A stretch of 64,000 nt of DNA from Gammaproteobacteria bacterium (lineage in GTDB: Bacteria > Pseudomonadota > Gammaproteobacteria > UBA4575), in assembly GCA_965243395.1 (NCBI GenBank), contig CBDEUS010000002.1:992001-1056000 (forward strand). Direction: 5' to 3'. Each line of letters opens with the position of its first letter. The first letter of the stretch is position 1. Below the pieces are notes generated by a model. It did not search any database. It was not told the DNA's origin and saw nothing but the letters and a program-made list of their open reading frames with translations. Below are positions 50,239-59,353 of the stretch, in pieces. A program made the translations under genes and the position numbers.

Positions 50239-51714
50239 ATGCAGAAAATCAAAAATCAAATTTATTTGGCTCATCAAGTTCGGGAACTGGATCGTATTGC
50301 TATAGAAGAATTTAACATACCCAGCTTTACATTAATGCAACGTGCGGCGCAGGCTGCTTTTAAAGAAATACAGCAAGCATGGCCGAGGGTTAATCGTATC
50401 GCAGTGTTTGTTGGTACTGGCAATAATGGAGGAGATGGATATGTGATTGCGAGCTTGGCATTAGATGCAAAAATTAAAGTTGAGCTTGTTCAGGTAGGAG
50501 ATCACACAAAACTACAGGGTGATGCACGCAAAGCCCACGATTTATTTATTGAAAAGGGTGGAAAATGTAAATCATTTGAAGACGCAATACCTTTTGATTG
50601 TGATTTGATTATAGATGCTTTACTGGGTACTGGATTAACACGTGATGTAAAGCATGATTACGCAAAAGCGATTGCAAGTATCAACCAACACTCCTCGCCA
50701 GTCTTAAGCGTAGATATTCCGTCCGGTTTGAATGCAGATAATGGCCACCCAATGGGCAGCGCCGTTTTTGCAGATACCACTGTAACGTTTGTCGGTATGA
50801 AACTTGGATTACTCACTGCTGCAGGACATGAGTATTCAGGTAAAATAGTCTTTAATCATTTAGAAATTCCTAACCAAGTTTATCAATCCATGTCTGTTAC
50901 CTGTCATTCAATTCAGCTGAATGAATTACATAATGTGTTAGCTGCACGTAAAGCGGATGCACACAAAGGGGATTTTGGTCATGTATTAATAATTGGAGGA
51001 AATAAAGGCATGGCGGGTTCAGTCATGCTTGCAGCAGAAGCCGCTGCAAGAACAGGTGCTGGGTTAGTTTCTGTAGCAACTCTTCCGATGCATGCCACAG
51101 CGGCATTGCAATCATGTAGAGAAATTATGGCGCATGGAGTAGAGGAGATTTCAGAATTAAATGAATTGTTAGAAAGTTGTAGTGTGGTTGCTATAGGGCC
51201 TGGACTTGGTCAAGATGCCTGGTCAAAAAAATTATTCGCACGGGTTTTAGAATTTGATATGCCCATGGTGGTGGATGCCGATGCAATTAATCTATTAGCC
51301 AGTGAACCCAGCAAAAAGTCTTCTTGGGTGATCACACCTCATCCTGGTGAAGCAGCTCGTTTATTAAAATACACTACAAAAGATCTTCAAGCTGATCGTT
51401 TGCAGTCAGTGCAAGAGTTACAACAACAATATGGTGGGGTAAGTGTTTTGAAAGGCTGCGGGACGTTGATTGCATCTGAAGACAAGGTTTCAATTTGCGA
51501 TGCTGGAAATCCGGGTATGGCAAGTGGTGGTATGGGTGATGTCTTGACGGGAATAATTGCAGGACTGTTAGCACAAGGTTTAAGTACCTATGATGCAGCA
51601 CGTTTTGGTGTGCAATTGCATGCACAAAGTGGCGATCTTGCTGCACAAGAAGGTATGCGTGGGATGTTGGCGAGTGATTTATTTGTGCCCCTGAGAAAAC
51701 TATTAAATAGCTAG
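50239..51714 (+). CDS. nnr: Bifunctional NAD(P)H-hydrate epimerase/dehydratase
   Basis: GNNGGDG, DALLGTG, TPHPGEA and GGMGDVLTG. Confidence 0.96.
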   Translation: MQKIKNQIYLAHQVRELDRIAIEEFNIPSFTLMQRAAQAAFKEIQQAWPRVNRIAVFVGTGNNGGDGYVIASLALDAKIKVELVQVGDHTKLQGDARKAHDLFIEKGGKCKSFEDAIPFDCDLIIDALLGTGLTRDVKHDYAKAIASINQHSSPVLSVDIPSGLNADNGHPMGSAVFADTTVTFVGMKLGLLTAAGHEYSGKIVFNHLEIPNQVYQSMSVTCHSIQLNELHNVLAARKADAHKGDFGHVLIIGGNKGMAGSVMLAAEAAARTGAGLVSVATLPMHATAALQSCREIMAHGVEEISELNELLESCSVVAIGPGLGQDAWSKKLFARVLEFDMPMVVDADAINLLASEPSKKSSWVITPHPGEAARLLKYTTKDLQADRLQSVQELQQQYGGVSVLKGCGTLIASEDKVSICDAGNPGMASGGMGDVLTGIIAGLLAQGLSTYDAARFGVQLHAQSGDLAAQEGMRGMLASDLFVPLRKLLNS

Positions 51715-51727
51715 CACCTTACGTCTC

Positions 51728-52174
51728 ATGACAAATCTCGTTGGTGAAGCAGCCACATCAGAATTTGCGGCTAAATTTGCGGGTTTATGTAAAGCACCGT
51801 TAGTTATTTATCTGCAAGGTGATTTGGGAACGGGTAAAACAACTTTTGCAAGAGGCTTGATACGTGCCATGGGTCACGAGGGAAATGTAAAAAGCCCAAC
51901 CTTCTCGCTCGTCGAAATCTATGAATTTGAGGGAACTCGTCTTTACCACTTTGATTTATATCGCTTGAATGATCCTCTTGAACTCGAATTTACGGGCATA
52001 CGTGATCTTGCTGGAGAGTTGGATGTTATTTGCTTAATCGAGTGGCCAGAGCGTGGAGGAGATGAGGTTCCTGCTGCAGATTTGGTGATCCATCTAGAAT
52101 ATGAGGGTGATACTCGAAATTTGCAGTGTCAGGCTATTTCATCCAAAGGTCAGGCGATTATTGGCAATTTATGA
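51728..52174 (+). CDS. tsaE: tRNA threonylcarbamoyladenosine biosynthesis ATPase
   Basis: GDLGTGKTT, SPTFSL, HFDLYRL and IEWP. Confidence 0.97.
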   Translation: MTNLVGEAATSEFAAKFAGLCKAPLVIYLQGDLGTGKTTFARGLIRAMGHEGNVKSPTFSLVEIYEFEGTRLYHFDLYRLNDPLELEFTGIRDLAGELDVICLIEWPERGGDEVPAADLVIHLEYEGDTRNLQCQAISSKGQAIIGNL

Positions 52175-52292
52175 GACCAGGCTCTAATAAATCTATATAG
52201 ATCATTAGTTTTAATAGAGTTTTTGCTTGCATTTTCATCTAGATTTGTCACACTTTTAGTCCGGTTTCATGTTGTAAGGACTACAGTTTCTC

Positions 52293-53756
52293 GTGCAGCA
52301 GCATTTTTATACTGGCATTCAATCCAAAGTAAACAAATCTGGTCTCGCGAAAACATTCATTCGCTCTATATCAGTGCTATGCACACTGTTCCTGCTGGCA
52401 TTGAGTTCAGTAGGTTCTTCGGCCACCTCAATTGCTAAAATCAATGATCTCCGCATCGCAGATCGTAAAACCGAAACGAGAGTGGTATTTGATCTGACAT
52501 CACCCGTTAAGCACAGCATTTTTGTACTCAAGAACCCTAACCGAGTCGTTTTAGATATAGATCAGTGTGATGCTAATGGAATACTGAATGCTAAACATGT
52601 AAAGGGAACCTTAATAAAAGATATCCGCTATGCACAAAAAAGTAATGAAAAGTTACGTGTAGTATTTGACTTAAATAGTACAGTCTCTCCTAAAAGTTTT
52701 TTACTGCCACCGCAAAGCGGTAAATCTTATCGTCTTGTTATTGATTTAAGCGCTAACTCCAATCCGACACGCGTTGCGGGTCAAAGCAAAGCAAATTCGA
52801 CAAAAGAATTAAAAAAGCCTCGTGTAGAACCTGTGGTAGCGATGAAGGATGCGCCTATTGGTGTTCGAGATTTTATTATTGCAATTGATGCGGGTCATGG
52901 AGGTAAAGACCCAGGCGCAATAGGACGTGGCGGCACTCGTGAAAAAGATATCGTATTAGCTATTTCTAAACGATTAAAAAATCTCATTGATAAAGAACCA
53001 GGTATGAAAGCCGTGATGATTCGTAATGGAGATTTTTTTGTTCCTTTGCGCAGTAGAATTAAAAGAGCTAATCAGCTAAATGCAGATGTATTCCTTTCAA
53101 TACATGCAGATGCAGCAGTGGATCGTCGTGCAAAAGGATCATCGGTTTATGTTTTATCACAACATGGTGCAACCAGCGAGGCGGCACGAATTTTAGCGCA
53201 GCGTGAAAATGCAGCGGACAAGATTGGTGGAGTTAGCTTAGAAGACAAAGATGATGTATTGAAATCAGTACTTGTTGATTTGTCTCAAACCGCTACTATC
53301 GATGCCAGCATCGATTTAGCTGAAGATATTCTCGGTGAGCTTGCTAAAGTGGGTAATATCCTTCGTGATAATGTGGAACAAGCAGGTTTCGCTGTGTTGA
53401 AATCGCCCGACATACCATCTGTTTTAGTTGAAACAGCATTTATCTCAAATCCTGCTGAAGAAAAACGTTTGAAAACAACTCAACACCAGCAGAAATTAGC
53501 ATCTGCGATCCTAAATGGATTGCGTCGTTATGTGAAAGATCATGCTCCGGCAAATGCAATTTTAGCCAGCACACAAACACCTATCTCACCTACTCAATAT
53601 ACTATTAAACGTGGCGATACCTTGTCTGGTATCGCGGTTCGTTATCAAGTCAGTCTCAGAGATTTGCGCAAAATTAATGGTTTGCGTTCAGACTTATTGA
53701 AAGTAGGGCAAGTTCTAACGATTCCAACTTCACCAAAGGTTACCGCGGGCACCTGA
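52293..53756 (+). CDS. amiB: N-acetylmuramoyl-L-alanine amidase (AMIN + amidase_3 + LysM)
   Basis: IDAGHGGKDPGA, SIHAD, LVETAFISN; C-terminal LysM. Confidence 0.93.
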   Translation: MQQHFYTGIQSKVNKSGLAKTFIRSISVLCTLFLLALSSVGSSATSIAKINDLRIADRKTETRVVFDLTSPVKHSIFVLKNPNRVVLDIDQCDANGILNAKHVKGTLIKDIRYAQKSNEKLRVVFDLNSTVSPKSFLLPPQSGKSYRLVIDLSANSNPTRVAGQSKANSTKELKKPRVEPVVAMKDAPIGVRDFIIAIDAGHGGKDPGAIGRGGTREKDIVLAISKRLKNLIDKEPGMKAVMIRNGDFFVPLRSRIKRANQLNADVFLSIHADAAVDRRAKGSSVYVLSQHGATSEAARILAQRENAADKIGGVSLEDKDDVLKSVLVDLSQTATIDASIDLAEDILGELAKVGNILRDNVEQAGFAVLKSPDIPSVLVETAFISNPAEEKRLKTTQHQQKLASAILNGLRRYVKDHAPANAILASTQTPISPTQYTIKRGDTLSGIAVRYQVSLRDLRKINGLRSDLLKVGQVLTIPTSPKVTAGT

Positions 53757-53767
53757 ATATCATAAAG

Positions 53768-53847
53768 TTTGAAGGGAGAACTGCGCATGGATGCGCATTT
53801 ATTTTATTTTGAAGGGAGAACTGCGCATGGATGCGCATTTATTTTAT
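53768..53847 (+). repeat. Perfect 2 x 40-bp tandem repeat containing a GGA hairpin
   Basis: TTTGAAGGGAGAACTGCGCATGGATGCGCATTTATTTTAT at 53768-53807 and 53808-53847. Confidence 0.95.
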
Positions 53848-53958
53848 AGGGATATGCCAATACGAATCGCCTCTTGTCACAATTAACAAAGTTTGCGTCT
53901 TTTACATTTTTGATACGTCTGTATTACTAACTCAATCAATTAATTTGGAGTAAGTACT

Positions 53959-54363
53959 ATGAGACTACAATTAGTCTTAAATGTAAGAGATATCGAAGAA
54001 GCTGTAAGCTATTACACGAAACTATTCGATACCCAACCACATAAACGCAGAGAGGGATACGCAAACTTTGCGATTGATAATCCACCACTGAAACTGGTTT
54101 TGATAGAAAACCCAGATGCGGATGACCGAATCAATCATCTAGGAGTCGAGGCGGATCAAGATGATGAATTGGGTGAAATAATAAAACGACTTGTGCGTGA
54201 TGACATTGCCAATAAAATTGAAGATCAAATAACATGCTGCTTTGCAACACAAGATAAAGTGTGGTCAACCGAGCCGCAGGGGTTAAATTGGGAGTGGTAC
54301 ACCATAACCAACGATAATCCCGATGAATCTAATGTCTCAAAAACAAGTGCGTGTTGTGCATAA
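53959..54363 (+). CDS. ArsI/CadI-family VOC (glyoxalase-like) metalloenzyme
   Basis: GYANFAI.NPPLKLVL.EN, NHLGVE, TCCFATQDKVW and WEWY. Confidence 0.88.
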   Translation: MRLQLVLNVRDIEEAVSYYTKLFDTQPHKRREGYANFAIDNPPLKLVLIENPDADDRINHLGVEADQDDELGEIIKRLVRDDIANKIEDQITCCFATQDKVWSTEPQGLNWEWYTITNDNPDESNVSKTSACCA

Positions 54364-54930
54364 GTGTCTGAACAAACTACAACTTGGGATGAGTTACGAT
54401 CCTTATTAACCAAATATGTTCGTAACAAAGTGGATGTCGATGTAGCAGAGGATCTGGTACATGACATCCTCTTGCGTGTACTTGTAAATGAGGACGCGTT
54501 AACTGATGCTGACAATCCACTTGCATGGATTTACACCGTTGCCAAAAATAGAATTACAGACTATTACCGAAAACGATCGAATACAAATGTATCTAATGAT
54601 GTTGGTGATCTAGAAAATACAACAACTGATTATGAAAGTATGTCCGAGAGCATAGATGGTGAATTCACTAAATGTTTGAGACCCCTTGCAAACAAATTAG
54701 AACCGAAATACAAGGAAGCTCTGCTATTAGCCGATTTCAATGAAATGAATCAAGCTGATGCCGCCGAGCGAATTGGAATATCGGTTTCAGGAATGAAGTC
54801 ACGCATACAGCGAGGACGCACTAAATTAAAAGAAGAGTTATTGGCTTGTTGTGCGATTGAAAAAGACCGATTTGGAAAAGTGATCGACTATAGGCAAAAA
54901 GAAAAATCCAATAACGATCAATGTTGCTAG
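54364..54930 (+). CDS. ECF sigma factor, SigZ-like
   Basis: AEDLVHDILL, AWIYTVAKNRITDYYRK, ISVSGMKSRIQRGR and LLACC. Confidence 0.85.
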   Translation: MSEQTTTWDELRSLLTKYVRNKVDVDVAEDLVHDILLRVLVNEDALTDADNPLAWIYTVAKNRITDYYRKRSNTNVSNDVGDLENTTTDYESMSESIDGEFTKCLRPLANKLEPKYKEALLLADFNEMNQADAAERIGISVSGMKSRIQRGRTKLKEELLACCAIEKDRFGKVIDYRQKEKSNNDQCC

Positions 54931-54945
54931 TGAGTAATATGCTTT

Positions 54946-54973
54946 ATATCTGCCATTGGCCGAAAGCGGGAAT
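54946..54973. repeat. 28-bp palindromic site 6
   Basis: ATATCTGCCAT-TGGCCG-AAAGCGGGAAT; core is the reverse complement of the CGGCCA core of sites 1-2. Confidence 0.82.
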
Positions 54974-54990
54974 TTATACTTACGAGAATC

Positions 54991-55049
54991 TTGAATCTGA
55001 AGCAACCTCCCTGTTGCAACTCTTATTCGCACATCCATGTGCTCACTAA
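54991..55049 (-). repeat. End element copy C, starting at the sohB TAG
   Basis: Reverse complement is 56/59 identical to 5734-5792. Confidence 0.92.
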
Positions 55050-56071
55050 CTAAATAACTTTGAATCCTGTTCTTTCTGCCACCATGAGAAAAATAACTTA
55101 TCGATAGTTAATTGAACGGATGTAGCCAAGCGTTCACTGATCGTTTTGGGAACTTCATATTTGATTTCGTAAATATCTGCATCTTTACTAGCATTTAACA
55201 GATAGTCATCGCTTGTTATGAGTTCATCTACTAACTTGAGCTCTATTCCACGAGTAGCAAGCCAATGCTCACCAGTCGCTACTTGACCAATATCAAGAAT
55301 AGGACGGTTTTGTTTTACAAATTCTTTGAATAAATCATGCGTATCTTGAAGTTGTTCATTGAAGTGTTTTCGGTCTTCATCTGTATTTTTTCCAAATATG
55401 GTTACAGTGCGTTTTAGGTCGCCTGCTTTCATAAGTTCAAAATCTACACCGTGTTTATCTAAAAGACGGTTGAAATTCGGTAGTTGAGCAAGTACTCCTA
55501 TCGAACCCACAATTGCAAATGGTGCGGCAATAATTTTGTCGGCCACGCAAGCCATCATATAACCGCCGCTTGCAGCAACTTTATCTACTGCAACAGTTAA
55601 AGGTATGCCTTTTTGTTTAATGCGCAATAGCTGAGAAGATGCAAACCCGTGTTCGTGTACCAAGCCGCCAGCATTTTCTAAACAAACAACAACTTCATCA
55701 TTGCTGTTTGCAACTGACAAAATAGCCGTGATTTCTTTTCGTAAGTGCCGAACAGCTGTAGCTTTAATATTACCGAGAAAATTTAAAACAAATATCCGTT
55801 TATTGTTTGATTTGGGAGCTTTTTTCTCCATCTTGCGTTCTTTTTTATTTTCTTTACGCATTTGTTTCAATTCTTTTTTAGGTAGTAGCGAAAAACGCAA
55901 AATATTTGCCATATTTTTATATTTTTTATTTAGATTGATGACCTCAAAATGGTCATCCCCTTTAGCTTTTTTAGAAAATGAAAAAGCCAGCATCATGAGT
56001 AGCCAAATAAAAATGAGTACAGTAACGGCTTTAGCTAAAAACAATCCGTAATCGGCAAGTAATTCAATCAT
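55046..56071 (-). CDS. sohB: Protease SohB (S49)
   Basis: YGLFLAKAVT, VDKVAASGGYMMAC, GSIGV and VATGEHW. Confidence 0.94.
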   Translation of the reverse strand: MIELLADYGLFLAKAVTVLIFIWLLMMLAFSFSKKAKGDDHFEVINLNKKYKNMANILRFSLLPKKELKQMRKENKKERKMEKKAPKSNNKRIFVLNFLGNIKATAVRHLRKEITAILSVANSNDEVVVCLENAGGLVHEHGFASSQLLRIKQKGIPLTVAVDKVAASGGYMMACVADKIIAAPFAIVGSIGVLAQLPNFNRLLDKHGVDFELMKAGDLKRTVTIFGKNTDEDRKHFNEQLQDTHDLFKEFVKQNRPILDIGQVATGEHWLATRGIELKLVDELITSDDYLLNASKDADIYEIKYEVPKTISERLATSVQLTIDKLFFSWWQKEQDSKLFS

Positions 56072-56092
56072 GGGGATTCCTGGATGTATAAT

Positions 56093-56929
56093 TTATTGGT
56101 TATATAGGCATTCGTAGCTACTGAAAAATTGTCCATGGCCATTTTCAGACGCATCATCATAAAACAACGATTGTAGTTCTAGTTTAGGCGAATTGAGAAT
56201 CTCTCCATCGAGTATGGTGTTAAAAAATTTACCACCTATAAATTGTTGGGAGTGTGTTAAGTATATTTTTGATAGTTGCTGATCATTCACCATTGTATGT
56301 AGCATTTTTGGGCCCGCAATTAGATAAAAATGCTTGAATTCTTTAGTAGTGAGTACGTCAATTAGGGGCTTGCCTTCAACTAAATCCTGTTTGCCTGCAA
56401 TCAGGACTTCATATCCTTCGCTTTGCCACGTTTTAATTTTATTTACGTCAGCTTGTTGGCCTGTGGCGATAAATACTTGTTGATTATTTTCTTTTAAAGA
56501 TGGATGCATCGGAAAATCAAGGCTTGAGCTCGCAATAACCACAGCAGGTTGTGCTGAGAGCCCTTGAAGAGTGCGCCAATTTGTTAAGTCTTCAGATTCC
56601 CGAGTACTTGGGAGTTGCAATATATTTCCAAGTGAATGGTCTGCAAGCGCTCGCATATATCCGGCATGTGTAATTAAGCAATCAGCCTGAGCATGTAGTT
56701 CAAGAAATAATCTAAAATCCTCGTCACTCGTTAAATGTTTGGGTAAATGTGCTTTTGTTTCTGTATCAGGGCTTACGGCAATACGACCATCCAGGCTACT
56801 TAGAAAATTGGCCGTAACTTTGGGATGAGATGTGCCTGACGAATACCAACCATGTTTGTATAAATACAAATTTTTAAGCTCAATGTTCTCAGAGGGTGTG
56901 GGATAAAGTTGTAGTAGCTTTTTTGCCAT
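56093..56929 (-). CDS. RibD C-terminal-like (pyrimidine reductase/DHFR-fold) protein
   Basis: NFLSSLDGRIA; no deaminase domain. Confidence 0.75.
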   Translation of the reverse strand: MAKKLLQLYPTPSENIELKNLYLYKHGWYSSGTSHPKVTANFLSSLDGRIAVSPDTETKAHLPKHLTSDEDFRLFLELHAQADCLITHAGYMRALADHSLGNILQLPSTRESEDLTNWRTLQGLSAQPAVVIASSSLDFPMHPSLKENNQQVFIATGQQADVNKIKTWQSEGYEVLIAGKQDLVEGKPLIDVLTTKEFKHFYLIAGPKMLHTMVNDQQLSKIYLTHSQQFIGGKFFNTILDGEILNSPKLELQSLFYDDASENGHGQFFSSYECLYNQ

Positions 56930-57029
56930 GCCAGCAAATTATTATTTAGTGTTAAAGTGGTTTTAATTTGATTCAAAGATTCACATCAGATCGCTTGGCA
57001 TAATCCTAGCATGTGCAAGCAATAAAATT

Positions 57030-57398
57030 ATGCAAAAACCAGATATTTCCACGGCAATTCCAATGCAACGCTATAAGTTTGGCGCATATACGATTGTTGT
57101 GCTTGAAGAAATCCAATCAAAAGACAAAACAGAATACATCTATTTGCTTGCGGGTATTAAAGACGGGCACAATGAGCCGGAAGTTTACATTACATGCGAA
57201 AAAGCACAGCTCGGTTCAACAGAAAAAGGCTCTCACATCATTAGAGTTTTCGCCAAACAATTAGATTCAGGACAATCAGGAAGCATAATTGATCAGTCTG
57301 ATTCATGGGTTGATCGCGAGGCATTTATTTCTTATGGCCTTTCTGGTTTTCAACAAATGCTAGGGTTGGAAGACGAAGAGCCTTATCTCATTTCATAA
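57030..57398 (+). CDS. Hypothetical protein
   Basis: 122-aa ORF ending 6 nt before mutL. Confidence 0.7.
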   Translation: MQKPDISTAIPMQRYKFGAYTIVVLEEIQSKDKTEYIYLLAGIKDGHNEPEVYITCEKAQLGSTEKGSHIIRVFAKQLDSGQSGSIIDQSDSWVDREAFISYGLSGFQQMLGLEDEEPYLIS

Positions 57399-57404
57399 AA
57401 AATT

Positions 57405-59219
57405 ATGACAACTATAAAGCAACTACCTTCACAATTAATCAATCAAATTGCTGCAGGCGAAGTGATTGAACGCCCTGCTTCTGTATTGAAAGAGTTACTT
57501 GAAAACGCTCTGGATGCTGGGGCTAGTAAAATTATTGTGGAGTTAGAGCAGGGTGGCATGCAGTGCGTTCGTGTGAGTGATAACGGTGTTGGCATAGATA
57601 AAAGTGAATTACATCTGGCACTCATGCGTCATGCCACAAGCAAGATTTCATCTATGGAGGATTTGGAGCACATTACAACCTTAGGATTTCGTGGAGAGGC
57701 ATTGCCAAGTATTGCGTCGGTTTCAAGATTCAGTATTGCTTCGAATAACAGTGATGATGGCAACGCAGGGTGGGTGATTACTGCGGATGGTGGAGTATTA
57801 GATGAAGAAGTTGTTCCTGTTCGTCAAATACGTGGTACAACCGTTGAGGTTAAAGATTTATTTTTTAATGTGCCGGCCCGTAAGAAATTCCTGCGTACTG
57901 AAAAGACAGAGTTAAAACATTGCGACAGTGTGATTCGAAAAATTGCACTCGCTTGTTTCAATGTTCAAATAATTGTCAAACACAATGGCCGTAATTTGCT
58001 TGATATCAGTGATTGTGATTTTTTTGAAAATGGTGCTAACCGTGTGGCCCAAGTCAGCGGTAAACAATTTGCCGAGCAAAGTATCTATTTAGAAAACACA
58101 GCACAGGATATGCAAGTTCAGGGTTGGATTAGTTTGCCAACCTTTTCACGTAGCCAGGCTGATTTACAATACTTTTACGTTAATGGTCGCGCTATTCGTG
58201 ACAAGGTGATATCACATGCTATTAAACAAGCGTATCAAGATGTCCTGTACCACGGACGTTTCCCGGCCTTTGTATTATTTTTAGAAATGGATCCAGCGCA
58301 AGTAGATGTAAACGCACATCCTACTAAACATGAAGTGCGATTTCGTCAAAGTCGCTATGTGCACGATTTTATTCGTCATACCGTCAGCAAAGCTATAGCA
58401 GAGACAATGCCCAAGCAGGAACAACAGGCAGCTGAACAGTATCGCGAAATTGTCGATGACTACATTCGTGCGGCACAAAGCCAGAGCGTGTTAGCGGAAC
58501 ATGCTTATGCTCAAAAGGAATCCGCTTCTCATTCTCATGTGAATGAACCTGTTCATAGTTATGGTGCGCAAACACTAAATGAATATGATTTGTTGTTAAA
58601 AAAACCCCCTGAGGAAAAACACACCACGGAAGAAGCGCCACCACTGGGTTATGCTATCGAACAATTACATGGTATTTATATACTGGCACAAAATGCGAGT
58701 GGGTTAGTCATTGTAGACATGCATGCGGCACATGAAAGAATTGTGTATGAACAACTAAAAGCATCGTATAAGCAAGGTGATTTAGCTACCCAACCATTGT
58801 TGATGCCACTTACTATTAATGTAAGTTCACAAGAGGCAGCCATTGCAGAGCAGTATCGAGACACATTTTTAAAATTTGGTTTTGATATCGAACGCTTTGG
58901 AGAAGACAGCATTGTTGTGCGTGAGATACCGTCTCTATTGCAACAAGCAGACGTTAATACATTGCTACTTGATGTGCTATCAGATTTAAATATGTTTGGC
59001 AGTACTGAAAAATTAGAACAAGCAAAAAATGAACTCTTGTCTACCATGGCATGTTATGGATCTGTGCGTGCACATAGAAAACTTACGCTTGCAGAAATGA
59101 ATGCATTACTTCGCGAAATGGAAGCCACTGAAAGAAGTGCACAATGTAATCATGGAAGGCCGACTTGGGTTCAATTGAGTATTGAGCAGCTTGATAAGCT
59201 TTTCAAACGCGGTCAATAG
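57405..59219 (+). CDS. mutL: DNA mismatch repair endonuclease MutL
   Basis: NQIAAGEVIERP, GFRGEAL, DMHAAHER endonuclease motif and CNHGRP. Confidence 0.98.
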   Translation: MTTIKQLPSQLINQIAAGEVIERPASVLKELLENALDAGASKIIVELEQGGMQCVRVSDNGVGIDKSELHLALMRHATSKISSMEDLEHITTLGFRGEALPSIASVSRFSIASNNSDDGNAGWVITADGGVLDEEVVPVRQIRGTTVEVKDLFFNVPARKKFLRTEKTELKHCDSVIRKIALACFNVQIIVKHNGRNLLDISDCDFFENGANRVAQVSGKQFAEQSIYLENTAQDMQVQGWISLPTFSRSQADLQYFYVNGRAIRDKVISHAIKQAYQDVLYHGRFPAFVLFLEMDPAQVDVNAHPTKHEVRFRQSRYVHDFIRHTVSKAIAETMPKQEQQAAEQYREIVDDYIRAAQSQSVLAEHAYAQKESASHSHVNEPVHSYGAQTLNEYDLLLKKPPEEKHTTEEAPPLGYAIEQLHGIYILAQNASGLVIVDMHAAHERIVYEQLKASYKQGDLATQPLLMPLTINVSSQEAAIAEQYRDTFLKFGFDIERFGEDSIVVREIPSLLQQADVNTLLLDVLSDLNMFGSTEKLEQAKNELLSTMACYGSVRAHRKLTLAEMNALLREMEATERSAQCNHGRPTWVQLSIEQLDKLFKRGQ

Positions 59220-59344
59220 AAGCCCCTGAATTTGTTTTCTGCTTCGTTAAAAAAATGATCTCAATGGCGCTCATGTATTAGCATATACACTTCGCTTATT
59301 TCGACATTTTTTTGTCTCGCATAAAATCAAATCAGAGTCTTCTA
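59217..59344. repeat. Long palindromic MITE-like element, copy 3
   Basis: TAGAAG...CTTCTA ends beginning at the mutL TAG; internal CTTCGTTAAA...CTCATGTAT...ATACACTTCGC. Confidence 0.82.
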
Positions 59345-59353
59345 TAAACTGAA

